A program made the position numbers and the translations under genes. A DNA stretch of 64,000 bases, from contig NZ_JMCB01000006.1 in NCBI RefSeq assembly GCF_000737315.1, positions 186,001 through 250,000 on the forward strand, written 5' to 3'. The notes beneath the pieces were generated by a model. It ran no database searches, was not told the DNA's origin, and saw only the letters and a list, made by a program, of their open reading frames with translations. Each line of letters starts with the position of its first letter. The first letter of the stretch is position 1. Of this stretch, positions 18,475 through 28,272 are shown piece by piece. The stretch comes from Hyalangium minutum (GTDB lineage Bacteria > Myxococcota > Myxococcia > Myxococcales > Myxococcaceae).

Positions 18475-18719
18475 GTCTCGCGCCTCCCACGGCTCGAATA
18501 CCCGACTCGGAGGCGAGGCACCGCTGGCCACGGCCGGGCCTCGGCGGGAAACGTCCAGAACCCGGTGACTGGAGCGGTAGCCACGCGCGCTCGCTTGCAC
18601 TGGTGAACGGTCGCCCGCTGCACGGCACCGCCCCCTCAAAGTCTCATGATTTGAGCAACAAACCCTCGGGCCGCAGGCCGGTGGGGTGATTGTCGCTCAG
18701 AGGAGGTACGCTTGCGTGC

Positions 18720-19718
18720 ATGGATGACCAGCGCCACCACGACGCACGGACCCCACGCGGGAGCACGGACTCTGGCCTCTCTCGCCGGGAAGTCCTCGCC
18801 GCGGGGCTCGGCAGTGCCCTCCTCCTGGGTGCCGGCCCCGCCCAGTCTCCCTCCCAGGGCTCCGCCTCGGGCCCGGCCTCCGACGAGAAGCCCGCGATGA
18901 TCACCCGCCCCATCCCTCGCACCGGCGAGCAACTGCCCGTCATCGGGCTCGGCACGTGGCAGACGTTCAACGTGGGCACGGACGCCAAGGAGCGCGCCCC
19001 GCTCAAGGACGTGCTCAAGCGCTTCCTCGAGCGCGGCGGCCGCGTCATCGACTCCTCGCCCATGTATGACCGCGCCGAGCTCGTCGTGGGTGACTTGCTC
19101 ACGGAGCAGGGCCAGCAGCGCGCGCCCTTCCTCGCCTCGAAGGTGTGGACCATGGGCAAGACCGAGGGCGAGCAGCAGATGCGCACCTCCATCCAGCGCA
19201 TGGGCCGCGGGCGCATGGACCTGATGCAGGTGCACAACCTGGTGGACGTGAAGACGCACCTGGCCACCCTGCGCGAGTGGCAGGAGGCCGGCCGCATCCG
19301 CTACGTCGGCGTCACCCACTACCAGCCCTCGTCCTTCGACACGCTGGAGAAACTCGTCCGCCAGGAGGCCATCGACTTCGTGCAGCTGCCCTACTCCATC
19401 GTCCAGCGCGAGGTGGAGAACCGGCTGCTGCCCGCCTGTGCCGAGCGCGGTGTGGCGGTGCTCGTCATGAGCCCCTTCGAGCAGGGCGGCCTCTTCGAGA
19501 AGGTACGCGGCAAGCCGCTGCCGCCGTGGGCCGCGGACTTCGACTGCTCCAGCTGGGCGCAGTACTTCCTCAAGTTCATCCTCGGCCACCCCGCGGTGAC
19601 GTGCCCTATCCCCGCCACCAGCAACCCCAAGCACCTCGAGGACAACCTCAAGGCCGGCTTCGGCCGTCTGCCCGACGAGAAGACCCGCGCCAAGATGGTG
19701 AAGCACCTGGGCCTCTGA
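18720..19718 (+). CDS. Aldo/keto reductase with Tat-like leader
   Basis: SRREVLAAG twin-Arg leader; IGLGTW, IDSSPMY, SKV, QVHN catalytic tetrad pattern; IPATSNPKHLEDN. Confidence 0.92.
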   Translation: MDDQRHHDARTPRGSTDSGLSRREVLAAGLGSALLLGAGPAQSPSQGSASGPASDEKPAMITRPIPRTGEQLPVIGLGTWQTFNVGTDAKERAPLKDVLKRFLERGGRVIDSSPMYDRAELVVGDLLTEQGQQRAPFLASKVWTMGKTEGEQQMRTSIQRMGRGRMDLMQVHNLVDVKTHLATLREWQEAGRIRYVGVTHYQPSSFDTLEKLVRQEAIDFVQLPYSIVQREVENRLLPACAERGVAVLVMSPFEQGGLFEKVRGKPLPPWAADFDCSSWAQYFLKFILGHPAVTCPIPATSNPKHLEDNLKAGFGRLPDEKTRAKMVKHLGL

Positions 19719-19813
19719 GCGCTCGCCCTCCCGCCTGCACTCCTGGGAGACGGGCTCTCACCCTGGGTGTCCTCTCCACGCACCGCTGCTTACCCTGAGC
19801 GCGGGAGGCATGC

Positions 19814-20362
19814 ATGGCCAAGAAGAAGGCGGAGAAGAAGGACGGAAGCCAGAAGGACGCCATCACCCACCTCGGCGAGCTCATTCACGGCATCAAGGTG
19901 GCGATGATGACGACGGTGGAGAGCGACGGCAGCCTGCGCAGCCGTCCCATGTGGACGCATGACCGGGACTTCGATGGGGAGCTGTGGTTCTTCACCCGCG
20001 AGCACTCGGCCAAGGTGGGTGAGGTGGAGCATGACCACCACGTGAACCTCTCCTACGCCGAGCCCGGCAAGGACCACTTCGTCTCCGTCAGTGGGCGCTG
20101 CCGCCTGGTGCTCGACAAGGAGAAGGCCCGCGAGCTGTGGAACCCCTCCTTGAAAGCCTGGTTCCCGGACGGCCTGGAGGACCCGGAGCTTGCGCTGCTC
20201 TGCGTCAAGGTGGAGAAGGCCGAGTACTGGGACACGGCCGACAGCCGCATGGTGCAGCTGATCGGCTTCGTGAAATCCGTCCTCACTGGCGAGCCGTACA
20301 AGCCCGGCGAGAACGAGAAGGTGCAACTGGGCTCGGAGGATGCGGGCCTCAACGTGCACTGA
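19814..20362 (+). CDS. Pyridoxamine 5'-phosphate oxidase-like FMN-binding split-barrel protein (general stress protein 26 type)
   Basis: AMMTT..GSLRSRPM, LWFFT, VNLSY, VSVSG, LWNP..KAWFPDG.EDP, AEYWD. Confidence 0.88.
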   Translation: MAKKKAEKKDGSQKDAITHLGELIHGIKVAMMTTVESDGSLRSRPMWTHDRDFDGELWFFTREHSAKVGEVEHDHHVNLSYAEPGKDHFVSVSGRCRLVLDKEKARELWNPSLKAWFPDGLEDPELALLCVKVEKAEYWDTADSRMVQLIGFVKSVLTGEPYKPGENEKVQLGSEDAGLNVH

Positions 20363-20404
20363 GCGGCCCCTTCCGGACTGAGACACAGGGGCTCTGCTGT
20401 TTCA

Positions 20405-20445
20405 CACCCACCCGGCGCACCGAGCGCCCGGTGGGTGCGTCTTTT
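20405..20445 (+). terminator. Rho-independent terminator
   Basis: 13-bp stem with one mismatch (ACCCACCCGGCGC / GCGCCCGGTGGGT) followed by GCGTCTTTT, 42 nt after the stop codon. Confidence 0.6.
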
Positions 20446-20695
20446 GTCGCACCCGGGTTTTACTCAAGGGAGCAAGCGCGCTGGCTTCTTCCTCGGGGGC
20501 CGCCCTCTGAGCATTTCAGTGAAATCGTGGTAACGGAGCGGCGTTGAACTTCAAAACGCTTTAGAGTATCAACCATCCGCATCCGAGAGTTTCCCCCTTC
20601 CGGGGGACCGTGCCAGGCCGGGGCCAGCCGCATCCGCGGACTTGAGGGGCGTCACGAGGGCGGGACTCAGCCCGCAGCCTCGAAGGAACCTACAT

Positions 20696-22010
<1,315 letters not shown>

Positions 22011-22027
<17 letters not shown>

Positions 22028-22943
22028 CGCCAAGACCGGGTCGAAGACGTTCACGTGGCTCGTCACCCTCGCGGCGGCGGGCCACCTCGTCTTCGTCACC
22101 GCGATGGGGAGGCTGCGGTGGGAGCACGCCGCGGCCGACCTGTTGCTTGCGGGGCTGGCTTGGGCCGGCCCCGCGCCGCGGCGTTTTCTCCAAGGCGGCT
22201 TCCCGCTGTGGCTCACCGGCATGCTGCTGGACAACCAGTGGCTGTGGCTGGGCCTGCGCGGCCGCGTCCACACCGGGGACTTGTGGGAGCTGGAGCGTGT
22301 GCTCTTCCCGTGCCCGGACGGCACCACCTGGCCTGCGTACTTCGCCACGCGCACCCACGCGGTGCTCGATTTCTTCTGCGGCTTCTCCTACGCGGCCTAC
22401 CTCTACGAAGTCTTCGGACTGGCGCTGTTGTTCTTCTTCCGCAAGCACCCGCGCTTCGCGACCATGTGCTGGGCCTTCTGCCTGCTGAACGCCATGGGCG
22501 TGGTGACGTACATGCTCTACCCCGCGGCGCCTCCCTGGTACGTGATGGCGTACGGCCCCGGTCCCGCGGACCTCACGGCTCCACCGAGCCCCGCCGGCAC
22601 CGCGCGCTTCGACGCGCTGATGGGCATCAGCTACTTCGCGAAGTTCTACGCCCGCAACCCCAATGTCTTCGGGGCCATGCCCTCGCTGCACGCCGCCTAC
22701 CCGACCCTGGTCGTCTGGCAGTCGTGGGGGTTGGGCCGGAGCTGGCGCGTGGGCACCATTGCATTCGCCGCACTGGTGGCGTTCTCCGCCATCTACCTGC
22801 AACACCACTACATCTTGGACGTCGTGGCGGGAGTGGTTGCCGCTCTGGCCGCCTGCTGGATTGTTGAGTACGCCCTCGTCCGGCGTGAATCTCCAGCTTC
22901 CGCGACCGTCCCCGTCATGCCTGGAGGCGACAGCCGTGCTTGA
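22011..22943 (+). CDS. Aur1-like inositol phosphorylceramide synthase (PAP2_3 superfamily)
   Basis: YPAAPPWY, NVFGAMPSLHAAY and QHHYILD match the Aur1/LPT catalytic domains; multi-pass membrane protein; start overlaps the ino1 3' end by 17 nt. Confidence 0.85.
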
Positions 22944-24177
22944 AACCCTGATGGCCTGGATCATGGGAGACCTCTCCCCTTCCGCGCGAATCTGGACGGC
23001 GCTCGGCCCGGCGCTGCTCGCGTGTGCCTACTTCATCCTGGGGCTCGTGGCGTTCTGCGTGCGCGTGGCCATCAAGGGCGTGCCGCAGGATGAGGAGACG
23101 CTCAAGCGCGGCAGCACCATCCTGGTGGGCATGTTCCTGCGCCACTACTTCTTCTGGGTCACCCAGCCCCTGTGGAAAGTGATTTACCGCTCGGGGCTGC
23201 CGGCCAACGCGCTGTCCATGCTGTCGGGCCTGCTGGGCGTGTCCTCGGGCGTGGCGGTGGCGGCGGGGCGCTTCACGCTGGGCGGCTGGCTCTTCCTGGC
23301 CTCCGGCATTCTGGACGTGATGGACGGGCGCATCGCCCGCATCCGCAAGCAGGCCAACCCGGCCGGCGCGGCGCTGGACTCGGTGCTGGACCGGTACGTG
23401 GACTCGGCCATGCTGATGGGCCTGGCCTGGTACTACCGGGACAACTGGGTGCTGCTGCCGGTGCTGGTGGCGTTCCTGGGCACCTCGCTGGTGCCGTACG
23501 TGCGCGCCCGCGGCGAGGGCCTGGGCATCAACATCCGCGGCGGCGCCATGCAGCGCCTGGAGCGGGTGCTCTTCCTGGGCGTGGGCGTGGCGCTGGCGCC
23601 CATCTTCGAGGCCATCTGGTTCCCCGAGCAGAAGCACCCCATGCACTGGCTGGCGGTGGTGGGCATCGTCTTCGTGGCCATCATGAGCAACGTGACGGCG
23701 TTCTCGCGGTTCCGGGCGCTCGTCAACGCGCTGGCGCCGCCTCCTCCTACGAGCCGCAAGCGCTCGGGGCTGGCAATCCTGGGCCTCAACGCGCTGGCGG
23801 GCGCGGTGGCCACGGGCGTGGACTTCGTGTCCGTGCTGGGAATGGTGGAGAAGCTGAGCTTCACGCCCGTCATCGCCACGGCGCTGGGGTGCGTGCTGGG
23901 TGGGGTGGTGAACTACTCGATGAACCGGCTGCTGACATTCCGCAGCCAGAGCGCGGTGGCGCCGCAGCTTGCCCGTTATACGTTGGTGAGCGCGACAAGC
24001 GCGCTGCTCAACGCGGGGGGTGTGGCGTTGCTCACGCTGCACCCGCAATTGGCGTACACGCTGGGATGGTGGTTGGCTCGAGGGGCGGTGTACTTCGCGT
24101 GGAACCTCCCCCTCCAGCGGGACTACGTCTTCAATGACCCGCCGGAGGCGCTCATGGAGCGCCCTCATGCGGCATGA
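22936..24177 (+). CDS. CDP-alcohol phosphatidyltransferase (probable PIP/PI synthase) fused to a GtrA-like domain
   Basis: Signature DVMDGRIAR..GAALDSVLDRY; C-terminal four-helix GtrA pattern ATGVDF..GGVVNYSMNRLLTF..LARY; GGAGG RBS then GTG overlapping the upstream stop. Confidence 0.9.
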   Translation: MLETLMAWIMGDLSPSARIWTALGPALLACAYFILGLVAFCVRVAIKGVPQDEETLKRGSTILVGMFLRHYFFWVTQPLWKVIYRSGLPANALSMLSGLLGVSSGVAVAAGRFTLGGWLFLASGILDVMDGRIARIRKQANPAGAALDSVLDRYVDSAMLMGLAWYYRDNWVLLPVLVAFLGTSLVPYVRARGEGLGINIRGGAMQRLERVLFLGVGVALAPIFEAIWFPEQKHPMHWLAVVGIVFVAIMSNVTAFSRFRALVNALAPPPPTSRKRSGLAILGLNALAGAVATGVDFVSVLGMVEKLSFTPVIATALGCVLGGVVNYSMNRLLTFRSQSAVAPQLARYTLVSATSALLNAGGVALLTLHPQLAYTLGWWLARGAVYFAWNLPLQRDYVFNDPPEALMERPHAA

Positions 24178-25150
24178 CAAACTGTCTCTGCTAAGCCTGC
24201 TGGCCGTGCTCGCCCTGCCCTCGCTGGCGGGCGCGAGCGCCGTGCTGGAGCCGCTGCCCTCCTCGAACGACAACTACGGGGAGAGCTTCACCTTCATGGT
24301 GGACCTGGAGGACGGCACCTTCGTCTTCACCCAGTTCTCCATCACCAACCTGGGGCCGGGCTCGCGCCACGGCATCTGCCGGGCCACGGTGGTGCGCCCG
24401 GGGCAGAAGACTTGGTCGCCTCAGGTGAAGGTGAGCTCGGACGAGTGGGGCTACGACGCGGCCACCTCCACGCTGAAGATGGGGCCCTGCACGCTGCACG
24501 CTGGCACGGGCACTTTCCTGTCGCTGCCGCTGGACAACGGGCTGGTGAACATCACCTTCAGTGATCCGCCCTCGCCCAAGTCTCCTCCGGGCTCGGAGGT
24601 GGTAGTAGGCACCACGCGCTACCGCCACGAGGTGCTGCTGCCCTTCAGCGCGGCGAAGGTGGGTCTGCGGCTGCCGGGCTCCAACGCGCTGCTGGAGCTG
24701 TCCGGCGTGGGCTATGCGGACCACTCGCACTCCACGGTGGCTCCGGCGAAGCTGGCGCGCAGCTGGGTGCGCTTCCGGGCGCTGCGCTCGGGCGGCTCCA
24801 ACCTGCTGCTGCTGGCGCGCGAGGGCTTCGACGGAGGCTTCACCCCGGCCTACGTGTGGCCCGCGGGCGGTGAGCCGCAGGTGCTGCAGCGCTTCGAGCT
24901 GCGCCGCCAGCCGGGTGACTCGAAGAAGGCGGGCTGGGAGGCGGACCTGAGCGGCGCGGGGGGTGCGCTCTCACTGAAGGCCACCTCGCTGATGCTGCGC
25001 ACCGCGCCGGTGCAGGACCTGGGAATCTTGGGCAGCCTGGTGCGGCCGGTGGTGGGCTCGCCGGTGACATACCTCATGCGGGCGGTGCTGCAGCGCCCGG
25101 GGCAGCCAGACGTGCACGGGCTGATGGAAGTCACGCTGGATGAGGGGTGA
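24167..25150 (+). CDS. Secreted beta-rich protein resembling the Svf1/AttH double-lipocalin family
   Basis: Signal peptide (MRHDKLSLLSLLAVLALPSLAGA); ESFTFMVDLEDGTFVFTQF..TN, YRHEVLLP, PAKLARSW, VGSPVTY and HGLMEVT blocks follow the order I recall for yeast Svf1. Confidence 0.6.
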   Translation: MRHDKLSLLSLLAVLALPSLAGASAVLEPLPSSNDNYGESFTFMVDLEDGTFVFTQFSITNLGPGSRHGICRATVVRPGQKTWSPQVKVSSDEWGYDAATSTLKMGPCTLHAGTGTFLSLPLDNGLVNITFSDPPSPKSPPGSEVVVGTTRYRHEVLLPFSAAKVGLRLPGSNALLELSGVGYADHSHSTVAPAKLARSWVRFRALRSGGSNLLLLAREGFDGGFTPAYVWPAGGEPQVLQRFELRRQPGDSKKAGWEADLSGAGGALSLKATSLMLRTAPVQDLGILGSLVRPVVGSPVTYLMRAVLQRPGQPDVHGLMEVTLDEG

Positions 25151-25186
25151 GGAGAGGGGTATGGCGTCGGCGGACAGAGGTGCGCC

Positions 25187-25804
25187 GTGAACGTCTCGTT
25201 GCTACGAGAAGTGCACCACGTGCCGGGCGTGCGAGGGTGGGTGCGCAAGCAGGTGCTGCGCTCGGTGGCGCGCGTGGTGGAGTGGACGACGAAGCTCCCA
25301 GGGCGTGGAATGAACGTCTCCCAGGTGAACGACTGGCTGTGGGTGGGCGGCTCGGTGTCCCGCTCGCAGTACGCGGCGCTGAAGGCCCAGGGCATCACCG
25401 CGGTCATTGATTTGCGCGCCGAGCGCGTGGACGACGCGGCGGCGCTGGCGGCGCTCGGCATCGAGCTGCTGCACCTGCCGGTGACGGACCGGTATCCGCC
25501 GTCCGTGGAGCAGCTGATGAAGGGTGTGGAGTGGGCGCTGCCGCGGCTGAAGGCGGGGGGCAAGCTCTACACGCATTGCGAGCATGGCGTGGGCCGAGGC
25601 CCGCTGATGGGGCTGGCGGTGCTGGTGGCGCAGGGGGCCGATGTGAAGGAGGCGTACCGCGCGCTGCGCGAGCGCCGCTGGCAGGCCACCCTGAACGACC
25701 GGCAACTGGGAGGGCTCGCGGACTTCACCGTGGCGTGGGAGGCGAGGAAAGCCCCGGAGCGCGTCTCCCTTCCCCCCGCCTCACCGGGAGCCACCGGTAC
25801 CTGA
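25187..25804 (+). CDS. CX5R dual-specificity/lipid phosphatase (probable PIP or PIP-ceramide phosphatase)
   Basis: HCEHGVGRG active-site loop, GITAVIDLR, LPVTDRYPPS general-acid loop. Confidence 0.88.
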   Translation: MNVSLLREVHHVPGVRGWVRKQVLRSVARVVEWTTKLPGRGMNVSQVNDWLWVGGSVSRSQYAALKAQGITAVIDLRAERVDDAAALAALGIELLHLPVTDRYPPSVEQLMKGVEWALPRLKAGGKLYTHCEHGVGRGPLMGLAVLVAQGADVKEAYRALRERRWQATLNDRQLGGLADFTVAWEARKAPERVSLPPASPGATGT

Positions 25805-25873
25805 CAGAGACATTCCCCCCCGCATAAAGGTCTGGCTGCGGTCTGAGAGTTCCCTGCTAAAGAGGTCGTGCGT

Positions 25874-26554
25874 ATGAGCCGTTCCTACCTCCGCCATCAA
25901 TCCGGCCGCATGTTCGAGAACAACTTTCTCGAGGCCTGCTCGAGAGTGCACCCATCGGTGCCGTTCCTCTTCTACATCCCGCTGACGCTGGGCTTGTATG
26001 CCTGGTCTCTCTACGGGGGAAAGACGACGCTGGGGTACAGCGCGCTGTTCGTGCCGCTGGGCGTGCTGACGTGGCTTGGCATGGAGTACAGCCTCCACCG
26101 CTACTTCTTCCACTGGGAGGGCAACGGTCCGTTCACGCGGCGGGTGCATGAGATTACCCACGGCTACCACCACAAGTACCCGGACGACGCGGACCGGCTG
26201 GTGATGCCGCTGGGCGCGAGCATCCCGCTGGCCATCGTGATTGGCGGACTGCTGTGGCTGGTGGGCCAGCCGGTGGCGACGATTCCGTACTTCCTGGGCA
26301 TCGTCTGGGGCTACCTGGTGTACGACTTCCTCCACTGGTCCACGCACCACCGCACGCCGCGCACGGCGTGGGGCAAGGCGCTGCGCGCGCACCACATGGC
26401 GCACCACTTCGCCACGCCGGATCGCAACTTCGGCATCAGCAACATGTGGGTGGACATCCTGGTGGGCAGCGGTGGCCGCCGCCCCAAGCGGACCGAGCAG
26501 CCGGAGCAGCCGGAGGGCCAGCGCCCCGAGGTGACCTCCGGCGTGACGGAGTAG
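25874..26554 (+). CDS. Scs7/FA2H-like fatty acid (sphingolipid) alpha-hydroxylase without a cytochrome b5 domain
   Basis: His boxes EYSLHRYFFH, HGYHHKYP, YDFLHWSTH, HHMAHH; RLVMP; SRVHP start motif. Confidence 0.9.
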   Translation: MSRSYLRHQSGRMFENNFLEACSRVHPSVPFLFYIPLTLGLYAWSLYGGKTTLGYSALFVPLGVLTWLGMEYSLHRYFFHWEGNGPFTRRVHEITHGYHHKYPDDADRLVMPLGASIPLAIVIGGLLWLVGQPVATIPYFLGIVWGYLVYDFLHWSTHHRTPRTAWGKALRAHHMAHHFATPDRNFGISNMWVDILVGSGGRRPKRTEQPEQPEGQRPEVTSGVTE

Positions 26555-26677
26555 CCGAGTTACTGCGTCTCCTTCCCGGCGCGAAGAGGCACCCGAGCCG
26601 CTATACTCGGCTCGGCGGCCGGGCCTGATTCCAACATCCGTTCTCTCGGGGAGGACGGTCTCGAATCAGGGGTTTCG

Positions 26678-27526
26678 ATGAGACACCTCTTCGCGGTGCG
26701 CTCCTTTCTCTCCGCTCTCGCCTGCGCGCTCCTGTGCTCCTGCGTGACCTCCCGTGGCGCCGCGCCCGAGGAGGAGGACGAGGGTGCGCTGGGGTCCTTC
26801 CTGGACTCAGGAGCCTCGGGCCTCGTGTGCGATGGAACGCGGCTGGTAGGGGCCACCTCCTTCTCGCAGACGTGCCTGCCGACGGGGAAGAGCCCTGGCC
26901 CCACCGTGTCCGGCCTTGAGCCACTGTCCGCGCCGCTGCGCGAGTGCGTGCTCACGAGCCTCCCGGTGGAGACCGGCGGCGGCACCTCCCCCGAGTGCTT
27001 GAAGGGCGCGGCACAGGTGCTCCAAGGCCGACTGCGCCAGCTGGGCTGGCTGGAGGCCGAGGTCCTCCCCGCGACGGGCCGGCCGGACGTGTCCGAGGCC
27101 CAGCTGCAGGCCCAGCTCCGGAGCCGCTACCGGGTGGGCGTGATGCGGGTGGAGCACAGCGAGGAGCCCGGCGTCGTGGATCCGGAGAAGATCCTCGTGA
27201 AGGCGCGCGCGGCGGTGCCCGAGGGCTCCTGGTACACCTCGGGTGCCCTGGCGGAGATCCACGCCCGCGTCTTTCAGATGAAGAAGTTCCGCTCGGTCTG
27301 GGTGTACGGCGGCGAGCCGGATTACCGGAACAAGATCATCCCGGTGATCATCGACGTCTGGGAGAAGCCCCAGAAGCCGCGCAAGGTGAAGATGGCCCGG
27401 CCCGAGCGCCCGAGGCCGCGGGACAACTGCCCGAGACGCGACGCCATCTGCCTCAACGGGCAGGACTGCTCCTACGACACGGAGCACCGCTGCACCGTCT
27501 GCTTCTGCCGGCCCACCTTCCGCTGA
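26678..27526 (+). CDS. Lipoprotein with a POTRA-like domain and a Cys-rich tail
   Basis: Lipobox LCSC; RYRVG..GSWYTSGALAEIHARVFQMKKFRSV..IPVIIDVWE resembles POTRA; six Cys in the last 32 aa. Confidence 0.7.
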   Translation: MRHLFAVRSFLSALACALLCSCVTSRGAAPEEEDEGALGSFLDSGASGLVCDGTRLVGATSFSQTCLPTGKSPGPTVSGLEPLSAPLRECVLTSLPVETGGGTSPECLKGAAQVLQGRLRQLGWLEAEVLPATGRPDVSEAQLQAQLRSRYRVGVMRVEHSEEPGVVDPEKILVKARAAVPEGSWYTSGALAEIHARVFQMKKFRSVWVYGGEPDYRNKIIPVIIDVWEKPQKPRKVKMARPERPRPRDNCPRRDAICLNGQDCSYDTEHRCTVCFCRPTFR

Positions 27527-27546
27527 ACCGGATGAGGTCCTCCTCC

Positions 27547-28236
27547 ATGCTTCGCTCCCTGCTGCTCGTCTTCATCCACCTCTCGCTGGTGTCTTGTACC
27601 GCCAGCGCTCCGAAAGCTTCTCCGTCCTGGTGGCAGAGCCTCGACGACACCGAGGCACCCGTCGAAGACACCGAGGTGTCCTGCCGGGGCATCCGGGCGA
27701 GCGATGAACTCGATCGGCTCGCGAACTGCTGGCCCCAAGGCTCGCCTCGGCTCACGCCCATGGATGTGGCGGGGCTCGACGAGATGCGCGTCGAGCTCCG
27801 CGAGTGCCTGCTCGCGGACCTGCCAGCACCGGGAATGACAGGAGAGAACCAGGCCCGGTGCCAGCAGGGCCTGGCCGAGGTGCTCGATCAACGGCTCTAC
27901 CGGCTGGGATGGCTCCGGGCGGAGGTGGCTCCTCCGGGGAACGCGGAGGCGGGAGAGGCCCAAGCCCGGCCGCAGCTCACCGTGAAGCTCGGGCAGCGCT
28001 ACCGGATTGGCCAGCTCTTCGTGGCCACGGGCCCGAGTCAGCGCGTGAACTCCAAGAAGATCATCAAGCAAGCGCAGAAGGCGATCCCCAAGCCTCGCTG
28101 GTGCACCGAGACAGCGCTGGAGGAGATCCACGCCCGGGTGTTCGACACGTCGAAGTTCCAGGAGGTCCGGATCAATCGCGGCGAGCCCGATGAGCGGGCA
28201 GGGCGAGTGCCCATCGTCATCGTCATTCAGGAGTAG
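27547..28236 (+). CDS. Lipoprotein with a POTRA-like domain (paralog of the upstream gene)
   Basis: C-terminal part of ORF 26944..28236; GAGG RBS before ATG 27547; lipobox LVSC; shares LRECxL, RLxxLGWLxAEV, RYRxG, ALxEIHARVF, GEPD with the upstream gene. Confidence 0.75.
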   Translation: MLRSLLLVFIHLSLVSCTASAPKASPSWWQSLDDTEAPVEDTEVSCRGIRASDELDRLANCWPQGSPRLTPMDVAGLDEMRVELRECLLADLPAPGMTGENQARCQQGLAEVLDQRLYRLGWLRAEVAPPGNAEAGEAQARPQLTVKLGQRYRIGQLFVATGPSQRVNSKKIIKQAQKAIPKPRWCTETALEEIHARVFDTSKFQEVRINRGEPDERAGRVPIVIVIQE

Positions 28237-28272
28237 GGGCAGGCCAGAGCGGAAGCTAGGCTCTGGCCCTCC

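Noticed and set aside
26944-27546. 430-aa ORF 26944-28236 read as a single protein
   Set aside because: The first 200 codons are an off-frame overlap with gene 26678-27526; the true gene starts at 27547 with an RBS and lipobox.
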